A stretch of DNA of 63,960 bases, filler included, from an uncultured bacterium (GTDB lineage Bacteria > Latescibacterota > UBA2968): the NCBI GenBank assembly GCA_964471275.1. It is 10 parts of 10 records of this genome, joined end to end, with 100 filler letters (N's around TTAATTAATTAA, not from the genome) between each part and the next. Parts side by side here need not be neighbours in the genome. Positions count along the whole stretch, not along the records: positions 59,597 to 63,960 come from CAYYGZ010000308.1; 9 more parts are not named here. One strand, given 5' to 3'. The notes below the pieces were generated by a model, which was given only the letters and a program-made list of their open reading frames with translations, was not told the origin of the DNA and made no database searches. Below are positions 62,285-63,960 of this stretch, one piece after another. The first letter of the stretch is position 1, and every line of letters starts with the position of its first letter. A program made the translations under genes and the position numbers.

Positions 62285-63700
62285 CTAGCTCGGAAGCGTC
62301 CCTGTGGCACGCACAGGGGTCTCTGAACGCGTGTCGCATTGGCGCGCGATGTCCGGATAGGACTCGCGACTCAGTCTAAAGTTATTCTTGTAAGAGAAGT
62401 TGCCGACCAGGCCGATCAGGGGTTGACGTCTCTGCCATACGCATCGCCAGATGCGTCGCAGGATACGAGGCAGAGAATAGAAGCTCCGGTTGCACGCAAG
62501 CATTTCCTGCATCAAGTCGTCCTGCGACAGATGCGGGTGCTCTATCACGGGAAATGTCAATGTGTAGTATTTCCAATCATCGGGATATCGATTCAGTGGA
62601 ACGTTGCCGTCGGCAGTCATTTGGTCCCAGAGGCGTGTCCCCGGTAAAGGAGTCAGGAAGAGCGCATTGAGGAAGTCGACACCGAGGTGATCGGCTGCCT
62701 CGGCGATATGCTCACCGATTCCCGCACGGTGCACGTCGAGTCCGAGAATGTAGGCGCCCGCCACGAGGATGCCGTGTCTCTGGATCCTCTTCACCGATGC
62801 ATGAAGATTCCGGTCATTCTTCAGGTTGAATTTCTTGCCGATCTCCAGGAGCCCTTCCGCCGTGTGCGATTCGAATCCGATAAACACGCCCCTGCAGCCT
62901 GCCTTCGCTGCTAATCCAAGAAGCTCGTCGTCATCCGCGAAATTGATCGTGACCTGAGCAATCCACTCCTTCTTCAGATCTGCGTGTATCATTGCCCCGA
63001 AAAGGTCCTTGGCGTGGTCGATGTGTTCAGCTCGTGTTCCGATCAGGTTGTCATCCACAACCAGAACTAAGCGTTCGCGGATCTGTCGGAATTCCTGGAT
63101 GACGGCCGGGATCGGACGCTGCCGGTAGCGCGTGCCGTTGAAGGACGTGACGCTGCAGAAGCTGCAGTTCAGGGGACATCCCCGCGTGGTCTGGATCGAG
63201 CCGAATGCGTAACCCTCGGTCAGCAGGTCGTGGCGCGCAGATTGCAGATTGTCTGCCTCGGCAAGGGCGCCGTCATACAGACGGTCCAGGCAACCCTCGG
63301 CGGCATCCTCAAGCACATGAGACCACACTCCCTCGGCCTCACCCGTGACGACTGAGTCCACCCGTTCCAGCGCCTCGTCCAGGCACATTGTGGCGTGGAT
63401 CCCTCCCATGACGACAGGAACGCCCTGATCCCGATAGATCTCTGCCACTGAGTAGGCACGACCGGCCTGAGACGTGAATGCGGTGATGCCAACGAGATCG
63501 GGCCGGGGCATGGTATCGTAGTCCGGCACACCTAGATTTTCGTCGATGATCGAGACCTCCCATTCGGGAGGAGTCAACCCCGCGAGCACCATCAGACTGA
63601 GTGGTTTCCACACGCGATAGTGGTTCCAGCGACTCTCATCGACTTTAACGATGCTGACGAGCGGATTGGATGGATTGATCAGGTAAAGTCGCTTGGCCAA
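62285..63700 (-). CDS. B12-binding domain radical SAM protein
   Basis: LYLINP, PLSL..LAGLTP, VVMGGIHAT, GEAE, TTRGCPLNCSFC, DDN, FIGFES, LTPLPGT. TTG at 63700 with GAGG SD. Confidence 0.93.
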   Translation of the reverse strand: MAKRLYLINPSNPLVSIVKVDESRWNHYRVWKPLSLMVLAGLTPPEWEVSIIDENLGVPDYDTMPRPDLVGITAFTSQAGRAYSVAEIYRDQGVPVVMGGIHATMCLDEALERVDSVVTGEAEGVWSHVLEDAAEGCLDRLYDGALAEADNLQSARHDLLTEGYAFGSIQTTRGCPLNCSFCSVTSFNGTRYRQRPIPAVIQEFRQIRERLVLVVDDNLIGTRAEHIDHAKDLFGAMIHADLKKEWIAQVTINFADDDELLGLAAKAGCRGVFIGFESHTAEGLLEIGKKFNLKNDRNLHASVKRIQRHGILVAGAYILGLDVHRAGIGEHIAEAADHLGVDFLNALFLTPLPGTRLWDQMTADGNVPLNRYPDDWKYYTLTFPVIEHPHLSQDDLMQEMLACNRSFYSLPRILRRIWRCVWQRRQPLIGLVGNFSYKNNFRLSRESYPDIARQCDTRSETPVRATGTLPS

Positions 63701-63960
63701 GGTTCCTCGCGAGTGCACCCGTCCTCTCGGTCTCAAGACGATGGCGCCGGTCGTGTGATGTTCAGCGCATCTACGGGATGCGCCTTGAATGTCTTCGGAC
63801 GGCAACCCAGGTTGCACGAGCGTCAACGGGTAATGATTGCCGTATCGCTTCCCTGCTCGTTTTGGTTTTTGGCGTGTGCAATTCTTCGAAAACGTTGCTG
63901 ACTGCCGCACGAATACCACACTGCAGGTTTCCGCCCCCTGTCGCTGTTCAATAACGTCAC

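Noticed and set aside
63701..63919. 73-aa N-terminal extension of the radical SAM ORF
   Set aside because: Family similarity starts at LAKRLYLINP, with a TTG and SD at 63700. The extension looks non-coding.

Overview
This window is not continuous DNA. It joins ten short contigs (mostly 6.2-6.7 kb, in decreasing size order) with artificial 100-bp N/TTAATTAATTAA/N linkers, so gene neighbourhoods are only valid within a contig. The organism is a GC-rich heterotrophic bacterium, probably a MAG; DUF6785-type membrane proteins plus many Gfo/Idh/MocA, PhyH, sulfatase and lyase-like genes suggest Latescibacterota/Poribacteria-like lineages (inference only). Intact housekeeping genes are sthA, sufBCDSU (divergent from nuoABC), purF, a FliN-like gene and tRNAs Arg(ACG), Cys(GCA) and Leu(TAA). 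Two tRNAs are followed by integrase remnants, one with an hsdM stub. Most notable: (1) three tandem paralogs of an uncharacterised ~650-700 aa family with heparinase II/III-like motifs, plus a distant fourth member between a PHP hydrolase and a DUF6785/6784 membrane protein; (2) a membrane-anchored multiheme cytochrome (4 CxxCH + 1 CxxxxCH), ASPIC/UnbV and TPR unit running into non-pyrrolysine MttB and UroD/MtaA-like genes; (3) a ripABC-like CoA-transferase/MaoC/CitE trio; (4) about 14 pseudogenes, mostly catabolic. No CRISPR array or rRNA was seen. All family calls come from motif recognition, not database searches.
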